A DNA stretch of 43,583 bases from a virus (Duplodnaviria; Caudoviricetes), in the IMG/VR virus record IMGVR_UViG_3300048849_000133, positions 1-43,583 of that record; one strand, given 5' to 3'. This document shows positions 8,541 to 17,352 of the stretch, piece after piece (positions within the stretch are counted from its first letter, which is position 1; every line of letters begins with the position of its first letter). The translations under genes were made by a program, and so were the position numbers. The notes under the pieces were generated by a model. That model was not told the DNA's origin. It did not search any database and was given only the letters and a program-made list of their open reading frames with translations.

Positions 8541-8981
8541 TTAGTTAAAAGTTATTTTCCATGAACCAACAAGACGAACTGCGGAAGTTTTTACAATGTC
8601 CGTCCTTACTTTTCTTGCACACAAAACGCCGTCTACGTTTAAAAGGCCAAATTCTCTAATGATCATCCCGTTGGCATCTTCCGCTTCGATCGACCAGTTA
8701 AACTTTACCGAGTTCAACGCCGGGTAATCCACCGAGGTGATGGCTTTAGTAAACGGGGCGGTGATCGCAGCATCAGCCAGAGCAGGCGAGGTGCCATTTG
8801 TTCCTAAACTAATTTTGTCAATCCTTTTACCCTGCAGATCACCGCCAAGAAGTCTTGCCAGATTGTTGTGGCCTAAGATCACCACCAGGTTCTTTTCCTG
8901 GAACTCGCTCAAAACAGCTCCGCTTTCAACATCTATAACTTCCATAAAGAAGCTACCGGCCACTTTTAAATTTTCTTTCAT
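8541..8981 (-). CDS. Tail fibre/baseplate attachment protein (P2 gpH N-terminal-like)
   Basis: ISLGTNG...DANGMIIREFGLLNVDGVLCARK pattern; follows gpI. Confidence 0.7.
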   Translation of the reverse strand: MKENLKVAGSFFMEVIDVESGAVLSEFQEKNLVVILGHNNLARLLGGDLQGKRIDKISLGTNGTSPALADAAITAPFTKAITSVDYPALNSVKFNWSIEAEDANGMIIREFGLLNVDGVLCARKVRTDIVKTSAVRLVGSWKITFN

Positions 8982-9640
8982 ACTGTTATAATTTCTATGT
9001 CCAGCACATCGCTATCTGAACTGTAATTCTTTTCTCCGTTCCTTAGATATACTCCATTGTGCTTAAAATCTCCACCAGAGAAAATGATGTCTTCATCATC
9101 TACCGATGGGTTTTCTGTACTGTATTCAGATACAATCACAGGATCATCGCCAAGGTCAATCGTATAGGTCAGGTCAACTAGGTGACTTCTTGTGTTTTTG
9201 AATTCATTCACCATCTTGGTGATTTCCTCAATGGCATCCGCACTTACAATATGGTCACCGGCATTCAGTTCAATCCTAAATGTAGCCCAGCCGTTGACTC
9301 CGCTTGAGACATGCTCAACAAGAACAGCATCCGGGTACCCAATTGATTTCAAAGCCTCTTCCACTGCCCAGACCGTACCTTTATATCGCTTTAGTTCAAT
9401 GGCTCGTTTAATTACTTCCCTTTGCTGCTCTTCGGTTTTCGCCAGTCGAATCCCTTTATATCCAAGTACGTCAAACTGAGCCGCCAGTAAAGGAAGCGCA
9501 CTGGCATCGACCGTGTCAATCACGTAAATCAGCAGCTTCTCGACTTCAAATTTTTCCAGTCGGTTTTTTACGATTGTATCAAAGGCGACAAAATGCTGTA
9601 TGTCAGCGATTGCACTAGCCAGAATATTATTATCACTCAT
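8978..9640 (-). CDS. Phage tail protein I (P2 gpI-like)
   Basis: LPLLAAQFDV...IKRAIELKRYKGTVWAVEEAL...KNTRSHL motifs. Confidence 0.88.
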   Translation of the reverse strand: MSDNNILASAIADIQHFVAFDTIVKNRLEKFEVEKLLIYVIDTVDASALPLLAAQFDVLGYKGIRLAKTEEQQREVIKRAIELKRYKGTVWAVEEALKSIGYPDAVLVEHVSSGVNGWATFRIELNAGDHIVSADAIEEITKMVNEFKNTRSHLVDLTYTIDLGDDPVIVSEYSTENPSVDDEDIIFSGGDFKHNGVYLRNGEKNYSSDSDVLDIEIITV

Positions 9641-10742
9641 CCCTGAACCCGGTTACGTTCACTGTAATTCCGGTGCAAAAGGCTACCTGGTCAAAATCAA
9701 CTTCAATATCCTCCGAAGGGCTTACAACACTAACATTGTACACCGATGCAAGAGCGCTTTTAGCAACGATCTGACTTCTAACCGCATCTACACCAAGCCT
9801 GAGTTTACGCTCTTCAGCATAGGCTTTTAAATTTGTAGTTACCGCAGTAACAGCTATAGTGACATCCGTCCCTGTCAATAGCGTTAGATCCACAACGATT
9901 GAATAGTTCTGCACGCCTGGCGACTGAACGATCACCGTATCAGTCAGCGGCCTAACTTTCTTGTTATTTAGTTTAGCGTATACTTCATTAATAACTTCTT
10001 CCGAAGTTACTCCACCCCCAGCGGTCAATGGATATACATTCACCTGTCCTGGTACTGGCGATATAATGCCGACATCAATGATTGAAGGGTTGGCGCTTTT
10101 GGCATGGAAAATATAAGCATCGTCCGGACCGGCACTTGAGAAACTCGATGGCGCCAATCGAATACGCTCGCGCAATCCATCGTCTGTTTCCTGATCAGCA
10201 GCGCCGCCCGTTGTTCCGGTATTCAAGGCGCTGTATACATAGGCCTGGGGATCCAGGATAATTGAAACTTCTCCAGCTGGGTATTTGTTACCCGTGTTGC
10301 CTTCAGTTGTACATTGCGCTTGAACCAGCACGGAGCTATCTGTCGACAGAACCGCTACATCAACGAGCGTGACAAATACGACCTTTCCGTCAATGGTTTG
10401 GATTCTAACGCCAGAAGGGATCACTAACGCCGGGTGCCCGGCAACCATATTGAATTGAATGGTACATGTGGCTTTTTCTGCAGGCAATCTTTCAACACCG
10501 ACAAGCTCGCCCAGGTAGTCGAGCATCGGGTACCTGGCATAAGCCAATAAGTTCTGTTTTGCTGCCTCGTTAGACTGAATATCTTTTACATGGAAGCGGT
10601 AGGCAATCGCATTGATCAACAAGCGCTCTGCCTGTCCAGGTGCCAGCTTTATTCCTGTTAATGTTTCATAATCACTTACGAGCGCATCAACGATTGTATT
10701 TGGATCCGTATCAAAGAATTCTGGTGCTGGTAGAGTTGTCAT
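9633..10742 (-). CDS. Baseplate J-like wedge protein
   Basis: LDYLGELVGVER, GGAADQETDDGLRERIRLAP, AGPDDAY and VRPLTDTV motifs. Confidence 0.92.
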   Translation of the reverse strand: MTTLPAPEFFDTDPNTIVDALVSDYETLTGIKLAPGQAERLLINAIAYRFHVKDIQSNEAAKQNLLAYARYPMLDYLGELVGVERLPAEKATCTIQFNMVAGHPALVIPSGVRIQTIDGKVVFVTLVDVAVLSTDSSVLVQAQCTTEGNTGNKYPAGEVSIILDPQAYVYSALNTGTTGGAADQETDDGLRERIRLAPSSFSSAGPDDAYIFHAKSANPSIIDVGIISPVPGQVNVYPLTAGGGVTSEEVINEVYAKLNNKKVRPLTDTVIVQSPGVQNYSIVVDLTLLTGTDVTIAVTAVTTNLKAYAEERKLRLGVDAVRSQIVAKSALASVYNVSVVSPSEDIEVDFDQVAFCTGITVNVTGFRDE

Positions 10743-11701
10743 TAGCTAACTGTTAAAATTGCCGAGGTGTATTTATCGGTCTGAAAAAATAGATATCGCT
10801 CCACGTGTACACCGCCCTTATCAAAATCTGTATTGAAATCAACATCAAAATCGCCGGTCGTTATTACCGCGCCGCTGTTCTTAATGGACCAAGTACCGAA
10901 AAAAGCCCAGGTAGTCTGCACCCAGAATAGGAGCTGCTCAGCAGTATTAAATGTATTTTCAGGGAATAAAGGTGTTGCATTAAGGCCATCCACAGCAAGA
11001 GATAACTTGTAGAATTCTCCTGGAGAAAGGGACCTGATGTAGGATGCCCTTGTAATTATCGCAGATTGACTAACAACCAAAGTTGCTTTCTTTGCGACCC
11101 CTGGCTTTAAATACAATACGAGCTTTCCAGCGGTCAAGTACCACTGGCCATAGCCAAAGTAGTTTTCTTTCACCCAGGCAAGCAGTTCAGTCGGCGTATC
11201 AAATCCATAAGATGGGGGAGCGGGATAGGCTTGGCTATCGTCTACAATAAAGAAAACACTATACCTGCCTGTAGGCACTTTCCCTGGTATCAATGCGGAC
11301 AAGATTATTCCGGAAACCTGCGGTGAAGAATCCGATAGCACGCCAGCTTGAGACCAAATTAAAGTGTTTAACAGGTCACTATCCAGGGTCGTGAAAGTAA
11401 TAGAGAAGAAAAGCTGTGACTCCCGTGTTTCATGCACAATCGAAACGATCTGGATCCTTGTTTCCCAAAGACTAACCGCTTCAAAAATTGCTCTTTTGAT
11501 GTTCGGGATTGCAACATTAGTTGGTTTATCAACGTAATCGAATACATCGCTCCCAAACAAGGGGCGGAGCGGGTCAGAACCCGGGATGGTTCGCAGGATA
11601 AAATCTATACACTGGCGAATGTCACTGATGCCCGTAGCAATTGCACCCACACCGATGGAAGATAGTTGGTAATTGGTGTACGTGGTTGCTATTTCTGTCA
11701 T
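10742..11701 (-). CDS. Baseplate wedge gpW/gp25-like protein with long C-terminal extension
   Basis: N-terminal DIRQCIDFILRTIPGSDPLRPLFGS...WETRI gp25 motif, then about 200 extra residues. Confidence 0.82.
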   Translation of the reverse strand: MTEIATTYTNYQLSSIGVGAIATGISDIRQCIDFILRTIPGSDPLRPLFGSDVFDYVDKPTNVAIPNIKRAIFEAVSLWETRIQIVSIVHETRESQLFFSITFTTLDSDLLNTLIWSQAGVLSDSSPQVSGIILSALIPGKVPTGRYSVFFIVDDSQAYPAPPSYGFDTPTELLAWVKENYFGYGQWYLTAGKLVLYLKPGVAKKATLVVSQSAIITRASYIRSLSPGEFYKLSLAVDGLNATPLFPENTFNTAEQLLFWVQTTWAFFGTWSIKNSGAVITTGDFDVDFNTDFDKGGVHVERYLFFQTDKYTSAILTVS

Positions 11702-12348
11702 GGTATTGGCGGAGTAGTTGGACTTCCGGAAGCCGCTGATGTATGTTTATGTAATTTCAAACTTATATTACCAGAGAAGATGTCTTCAGTTGCGGTCAGT
11801 TTCTTAACTGAGATTTCAGCATCATTGGCCGCCACCGGCGCACCTGATATGCCACTTAACCCACCCATAGAAACCACCCCTTGAATAATCGCAGCGCCTG
11901 AGACTTCCAGTATACCGTCAATTTTAGTTTTTGTAGCTGTTATGGAAACCTCTGTAGCCTCTACTTTTACTGCACCGGAAGACTGAATACTTGCCTTCTC
12001 ACAGGAAATATTAATCTCCCCCTGGATATCAAGATTCAAAGTACGAGAATTGCTATCATAAGATATAGCGGAACCATCGCGAAACTGCCATCTGAGAACC
12101 CCTTCGGCTGCCCCTTCAGGAACATTGGATTCATCATAAACAGCCCCGGCGACAACCCCATATTCCAGGTTTTCGTCCATCAGGCAATACACATGTTCAT
12201 TTACGCTATACGGGAAGGAGAACTTATCTGTGCCTGATCTTGGAACACCCATTTTTAGCCAGGCGCTTACAAACTGATCCTCTTCAAAGAAAACCCGCGC
12301 AAGCCCTTTGGCTGGATCTATTTCTGATATGATTCCAAACTTTAACAT
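11698..12348 (-). CDS. Baseplate spike protein (P2 gpV-like)
   Basis: OB-fold N-terminus, FRDGSAISYD, and C-terminal HKH metal-binding motif followed by SGSPTTPP. Confidence 0.9.
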   Translation of the reverse strand: MLKFGIISEIDPAKGLARVFFEEDQFVSAWLKMGVPRSGTDKFSFPYSVNEHVYCLMDENLEYGVVAGAVYDESNVPEGAAEGVLRWQFRDGSAISYDSNSRTLNLDIQGEINISCEKASIQSSGAVKVEATEVSITATKTKIDGILEVSGAAIIQGVVSMGGLSGISGAPVAANDAEISVKKLTATEDIFSGNISLKLHKHTSAASGSPTTPPIP

Positions 12349-13412
12349 TATTTCACTTTGTAGTTAGTCGTTTTATGCTGCATCCGTTTAGGTAACTTTT
12401 TACCTGGAGCATCTGTAATGTTAATCCGTTTGATCTCTACGTCTGTGGTGTAACCTCCATTGCCGATCGCATGGGTCGAAGTTAAAATGTGCCAGATGCC
12501 GGAAAAGGCACCAAAGCCAGTTAGATCGATATTGTTGCCTGAAATCAAAAGCACATTACCAGGCGCACTGAACCCGCCGGTTTGCTGCAGGCTGACTTTC
12601 TTATGGATGTACGCCTGCGCCTTGATGGTTGCCTGCTGCTCATTCTCTACTTTTTCCCATATCTCCAGGGTATCAAGCTGATCTGTATATTCCTTTTGCT
12701 CTCCGGAGAAACTGGCGGGCTGACTGGCGCTAACAATTTTATTGGTGTTTGGATTATGGAACCTGATCTGGGTACCTTTAAAAACATCTGAAGTCTTATC
12801 CCTGAATCCATAACCGGTTACTTCCGTTTTGTCCACAATCAAAGATGAAGATCGGGCCTCCAGTTCAGTCTGCTTTATAAATACGATCGTCTTATTTTTG
12901 ATGGTAAAATTGTACCCGTACTCCGATGCCAGCCGGTGGAGATACTGAAGGTCACTCTCCCTGTTTTGGGTGGAGCGGGCGATGCGTACATTTTCAATAC
13001 TTCCGATAACCGTAAAGCCAATCTTAGCAGCAATCGAATGAACAATCTCAGAGAGGGTTTTATTTTCATGCGCGTATCCTTTGCGGGTTCGCATCTTGCC
13101 GTAATACCCGCTGGAAAGTGCTTTAATCACAACCTGATCAGGAGGCCCGGAAAATTCTATCTGGTCAATCTGAAACACCCCGCAGTCCAGCTCCTTGCCA
13201 TCAATGCCGATCGTAACGGTGAGCAAAGATCCCTTCTCCGGATACCACTGGTTTTGCCATTTTCCTTCCTTGTCTTCCAGGGTAATTTCCATCTCATCAC
13301 TTTCGCCGCTCACCTTATCAATGTAGGTCAGTGCGATCAGGCTCACAGAAACATCACTGGTGATATTTTTGGTATTGTATAGGATCTTGAAATATGGTGT
13401 TGAAATTTGCAT
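12348..13412 (-). CDS. Baseplate hub (P2 gpD / late control D-like)
   Basis: DKVSGESDEMEITLED, CGVFQIDQIEFSGPP and QNRESDLQYLHRLA motifs. Confidence 0.9.
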   Translation of the reverse strand: MQISTPYFKILYNTKNITSDVSVSLIALTYIDKVSGESDEMEITLEDKEGKWQNQWYPEKGSLLTVTIGIDGKELDCGVFQIDQIEFSGPPDQVVIKALSSGYYGKMRTRKGYAHENKTLSEIVHSIAAKIGFTVIGSIENVRIARSTQNRESDLQYLHRLASEYGYNFTIKNKTIVFIKQTELEARSSSLIVDKTEVTGYGFRDKTSDVFKGTQIRFHNPNTNKIVSASQPASFSGEQKEYTDQLDTLEIWEKVENEQQATIKAQAYIHKKVSLQQTGGFSAPGNVLLISGNNIDLTGFGAFSGIWHILTSTHAIGNGGYTTDVEIKRINITDAPGKKLPKRMQHKTTNYKVK

Positions 13413-13413
13413 A

Positions 13414-13638
13414 TTATAAAATAACCTTCCAGGGAGGTAACAATTCAGCGTCTGTCAACACAACGGCCTGGTCCTGGACCGGGATATTAAGAATGGTGCC
13501 TGGTGGCAGAACATCTGAAATGGACACCTCGGGATTTGCGCTGATGAGTAATTCAGAAAGACCGGCATTCCCATACGCTTTGTAGGCGATGTTATCCCAG
13601 CGTTCGTTTTGTAAAGTGGTATATTGTAAAACAGCCAT
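13414..13638 (-). CDS. Tail protein X (LysM-like)
   Basis: YTTLQNERWDNIAYKAYG...ANP...LPPW motif. Confidence 0.9.
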   Translation of the reverse strand: MAVLQYTTLQNERWDNIAYKAYGNAGLSELLISANPEVSISDVLPPGTILNIPVQDQAVVLTDAELLPPWKVIL

Positions 13639-13639
13639 T

Positions 13640-14488
13640 TTATTTTCTTAAAATTATCTTTTTAAGCAGCGCATCCGACGCGCGCGACAATGACCTGGTC
13701 GTTTCCCGCAGCTCTGTGTTTTTGCTTACTGCAGCTGCGATATCAGAAAACGGATAGGAGGTAATGATACCGTTGAAGTTTGACAGCATAACCTCAGCAA
13801 CCGTCTTAAGGTTAGGGTGCTCGGCCAGTACCGAAAGGTTATTCTCTAGTTTGTCTTTTAAAGTAGTTAAAGACACCCGACCCTTATTTGCCGCGTCCAG
13901 AACTTTAGCCGCAGTAATGCTATTTGGATTATTCTCCATAACCGAAACCATTTCATCAACCTTATCAGATTGTTGCTTACTCTCGGTTATCGATGTTGCA
14001 ATTTGTTTTTCGATGCTTGGGGCCTGTGGGTTGCGAAGTACAACAGGTTTTTTATCACCAACGGCAAATGCAGACCGGCGGGCAGCAAGTTGTTTTTGCT
14101 CAAGCTTGTTAATGCTGACGTATTCTTTAAGCGACAGCTGGACGGTAAGTTGCTTGAATGTTCCGTCGTCAAACGCATCATCTACCACGTAAGGCAAGGA
14201 AACAATTACAAAGTCCCCAATGTATTGACCATTACCCAGCAGTAGAGGTAGAACTTCACCACTTTCTTTGAACGCTTTCAGGCGCTGCAGCTGCACGCCG
14301 GGATTACAAAAACGCATGTGCATGTTTATGCTGGCGGAAATTTCAAGCAGGGAACTACCTACTCTTTGAATCGTTGGTTTATTTCCGACAAGTTCAAATT
14401 CCGCATAGTTTGCCTCATCGCCATCAAAGTTGAGGTCTGAGGGACCATATAGGCCTGTAAAAACAATATTTCCTAATTGTGCAAACAT
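13640..14488 (-). CDS. Tail tube initiator (P2 gpU-like) with helical C-terminal extension
   Basis: MFAQLGNIVF...KPTIQRVG...LLLGNGQYIGDFVI...LSLKEY, then about 150 extra residues. Confidence 0.85.
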   Translation of the reverse strand: MFAQLGNIVFTGLYGPSDLNFDGDEANYAEFELVGNKPTIQRVGSSLLEISASINMHMRFCNPGVQLQRLKAFKESGEVLPLLLGNGQYIGDFVIVSLPYVVDDAFDDGTFKQLTVQLSLKEYVSINKLEQKQLAARRSAFAVGDKKPVVLRNPQAPSIEKQIATSITESKQQSDKVDEMVSVMENNPNSITAAKVLDAANKGRVSLTTLKDKLENNLSVLAEHPNLKTVAEVMLSNFNGIITSYPFSDIAAAVSKNTELRETTRSLSRASDALLKKIILRK

Positions 14489-16353
14489 TAGTACGCCACT
14501 CTTTTTTTGTTCAAATTATGTTCTTTTACGATCTTAATGACATGTGGCGTTAGAGCGTCAGCAATCAGCTTTGCGTCTTTTTTGGTCGCCGAGCCGTTCA
14601 AGTGAATTACTGGAGCAAACGTCATTAACTTTGTCGAATTGGTGGGTCCGAACTCCGGTGCCTTAATCTGGAAGCCAGAAACCCTACTTGCCGGGGTTGC
14701 TGCCGTCGAAGTTTTATCAGCAATCTCCGAAGCCGTCCGTGCGGTACTGGTCGCCATAGATGCTTTATAAGCAAGATCAAAGGATTTATTTGTAAAGATG
14801 TCCTGGGCTGCTTTAGCTGATTGTTCGACCCCTTCCATAAACATAGCCGGGTTGAAGGTGAAAGCGCCAATAATTGTTTTTCCAATACCTATGAACAAGT
14901 CCAGTAAAACCCTACCTGCTGCGATCACCCCGTCAATAAATGCCCGAAAGGCATCACAGTGCTTGTACAAAAGGATAAATCCAGCAATCAAGGCCGCGAC
15001 ACCGGCAACGACCCAATAAACAGGGTTAGCGAGGAAAGCAAGATTCATAGCTCGGAGGGCCATAGTCAAGCTGCCCGTGGTAGTTGCGCCGACCAAAGTG
15101 GCCGTAGAATAAGCAAGTTGCCCTGCCCTCAGCCACTTCAATCCTGTAGTTGTCACGGCGATAACTTTGAACACGCCACCGAAAGCAAATGATAAGGCAC
15201 TCACCGTAAAAGAAAGTGCGGCCGCACCGGCAACGGCTTTAAAGATCGTTGCATTTAGTTCCTTGTGGCTCCGCATCCAATCCGATACGGATTGAACGAT
15301 CGGACGTAGTGTAGCGAGCAGCTCCAGGATAACCGGAAGCCCGTTTGTGCCAAAGTCCAAAACAATCCTATTGAATTCAGCCCAGCCTTTTGCCATCTTC
15401 CCTTTAGTTGTGGAATTCCGGTTCTCAAATTCTTTTTGAACGCTATTAAGGAAGCTGGTTTCATCTGCAACAGACCCGACTGAAGCCTTCAACTGGTCCA
15501 TGTTCCCAGCCATAGACATGAGCTCGGTACTATACTCGCCAAACTGCTTGAAATACTGAAATTTTTTCCCCGGATCTGAGATACTTGCCCCTTTCTCCAG
15601 TACCGACATAAACCCGGACATACCTTCACCAGACCTGGTGAAGATATCGCGTGCACCATTGTTCTTCATGATCCCTTTATAGAAACGCTCTACGATGGTT
15701 GCACTTTCCGCACCGGACTTCCCAACCGATATCAGGTATGATCCCATTGCGGCTAAATCTTTACCGGCAGTTCTGGAATTTCGAGCAACTCCGGCTCCAC
15801 CCGCAGCCATAAAGTCTAATATTTCTGACGCTTTTGAAGCCTGATTGTCGGACAGGTAATTAATTGCATCGGAGACCTTCTTCGTTTCATCCCAGCTGCT
15901 GTTCAGCGCGTTCTTAAGTTTGGTATAACGGTCACCGGCGATATCAGCGGAAAGATCAAAGGCGACAGCAATCTGGCCTGCAGATTTGGATACTTTATCC
16001 AGGTCACTTTGCGCGACGCCACCCTGACCAAGGGACGCCATTAAGGCCGCACTCTCGTTAGCGCTCTTGCTCAGGTAGACTGAGAGATCCTTTGCCTGTT
16101 CACCCAGCTGCAGAAAGGTAGAATCACCGATTTTGGTATTGTACACTTTTGCCACATCAGCCATTTTATCTTCGAACTCTATCGCTTTATTCGTAGCATA
16201 GATGATCGGTGCTGCAAAAGCAGCTCCCGTAATGGCTGACGTTTTTCCGAAGTTAAATGCATTCTTGGCGTTCTTGTTCGCCTTATTGACAACAGCGGTC
16301 ATCTTATCTATGGCTGTTAGGATAACCGCTATTTTAATATTCTTGTCCGCCAT
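14488..16353 (-). CDS. Tail tape measure protein
   Basis: AIEFEDKMADVAK and DAINYLSDN motifs, Ala-rich helical sequence with hydrophobic stretches; follows the chaperone genes. Confidence 0.92.
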   Translation of the reverse strand: MADKNIKIAVILTAIDKMTAVVNKANKNAKNAFNFGKTSAITGAAFAAPIIYATNKAIEFEDKMADVAKVYNTKIGDSTFLQLGEQAKDLSVYLSKSANESAALMASLGQGGVAQSDLDKVSKSAGQIAVAFDLSADIAGDRYTKLKNALNSSWDETKKVSDAINYLSDNQASKASEILDFMAAGGAGVARNSRTAGKDLAAMGSYLISVGKSGAESATIVERFYKGIMKNNGARDIFTRSGEGMSGFMSVLEKGASISDPGKKFQYFKQFGEYSTELMSMAGNMDQLKASVGSVADETSFLNSVQKEFENRNSTTKGKMAKGWAEFNRIVLDFGTNGLPVILELLATLRPIVQSVSDWMRSHKELNATIFKAVAGAAALSFTVSALSFAFGGVFKVIAVTTTGLKWLRAGQLAYSTATLVGATTTGSLTMALRAMNLAFLANPVYWVVAGVAALIAGFILLYKHCDAFRAFIDGVIAAGRVLLDLFIGIGKTIIGAFTFNPAMFMEGVEQSAKAAQDIFTNKSFDLAYKASMATSTARTASEIADKTSTAATPASRVSGFQIKAPEFGPTNSTKLMTFAPVIHLNGSATKKDAKLIADALTPHVIKIVKEHNLNKKRVAY

Positions 16354-16732
16354 TAGGTGGTTTGATTAAGCTTGTTGTGCAGGTTTACGGCCTTTTCATA
16401 AAAGAAAAAGATGGTAGGCCCATCCATTTCTAATATATCCTTAAGTGAAGTGTGGGTTATATGAGCAAGGAAGACGAGTTCGTCTCCGCCAACTAAAAAT
16501 TTCCGCCGAATTCCCCCATCAATACAAGGACATCAGCGCCGTTCATCTCTTCGACCTCTTCAATAATAAGCTGCTGGCCATCGACCTTAACGCACGAAGC
16601 AATTAACGCGAAGATCATCTTTTCCGTTTCTTTTCCGGTCACCTTCTGCGCCTCCAGGATATGCTTCCCTTTAAACGGACTAATGACAGCAACCCGGCCG
16701 TCACTCAATGTAATTTCTTTTGTCTCAGTCAT
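16353..16732 (-). CDS. Tail assembly chaperone long form (gpE+E'/G-T type) via -1 programmed frameshift
   Basis: Slippery A_AAT_TTT (16502-16496) just before TAG. The -1 frame reads LVGGDELVFLAHITHTSLKDILEMDGPTIFFFYEKAVNLHNKLNQTT, and its TAA overlaps the tape measure ATG (TAATG). Confidence 0.82.
16493..16732 (-). CDS. Tail assembly chaperone (short form)
   Basis: 79 aa, lies between tube and tape measure genes; EEVEEMNGADV motif. Confidence 0.85.
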   Translation of the reverse strand: MTETKEITLSDGRVAVISPFKGKHILEAQKVTGKETEKMIFALIASCVKVDGQQLIIEEVEEMNGADVLVLMGEFGGNF

Positions 16733-16760
16733 TATAATATTGATTATTGTTTTACAAATG

Positions 16761-16814
16761 AATAAGCATCCACGGTTGGGTGACTGAGGATCACCCCGGA
16801 CCGCTTCTGCTATT
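16761..16814 (-). other. Intergenic long RNA hairpin
   Basis: Nested complementary arms AATAGCA/TGCTTATT, CGGT/ACCG and GGGTGA/TCACCC; no U-tract after it on the coding strand. Confidence 0.5.
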
Positions 16815-16816
16815 TT

Positions 16817-17341
16817 TTAAATACCTAAGTTCTGGCGGTATTGTGCCATCAGATCCACACCATCTACAATGTAGATGTTGGCCTCTACGTCGATTTCGAC
16901 CACTGTTTCACCATCAATCTCCAGCTTACAGTAAGTTACAGCGACGCTGCTTTCCAGTTCCACGTTTTCCTGTGCCTTAAAAGTCCCAAGTGGCACCTCT
17001 TTAAACTGGCCTGTTATGTAAACGACTAATGGCTTCTGCTCTGTCCTTGCGCCGCCCGCCCATACGTCTATACTTGAGCGTATCTGCAGACTGGTCGAAG
17101 AGAAGGGATTCGCTGTTTTTTTCATAACCTCCGGATACATGGAATTCCACTTGATCTTCATTTCCATTTTCTCCAGGCCGGCGGCATATTCAAGTTCTCC
17201 GATCATGCCTAGTGCTTTATGATCGGACATCTTGTTCTTAATGATGGGAAGGGTAGCTTCTTCAGCTCTTCCCAGAAAGCTTCTTCCATCAACATAGATG
17301 TTGGCGTTGGTCACTTTGTTTATTGAAATTTGATTTGACAT
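16817..17341 (-). CDS. Major tail tube protein (P2 FII-like)
   Basis: NANIYVDGRSFLGRAEE...EIDVEANIYIVDGVDLMAQYRQNLG motifs. Confidence 0.92.
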   Translation of the reverse strand: MSNQISINKVTNANIYVDGRSFLGRAEEATLPIIKNKMSDHKALGMIGELEYAAGLEKMEMKIKWNSMYPEVMKKTANPFSSTSLQIRSSIDVWAGGARTEQKPLVVYITGQFKEVPLGTFKAQENVELESSVAVTYCKLEIDGETVVEIDVEANIYIVDGVDLMAQYRQNLGI

Positions 17342-17352
17342 GTCTGCTTAAA

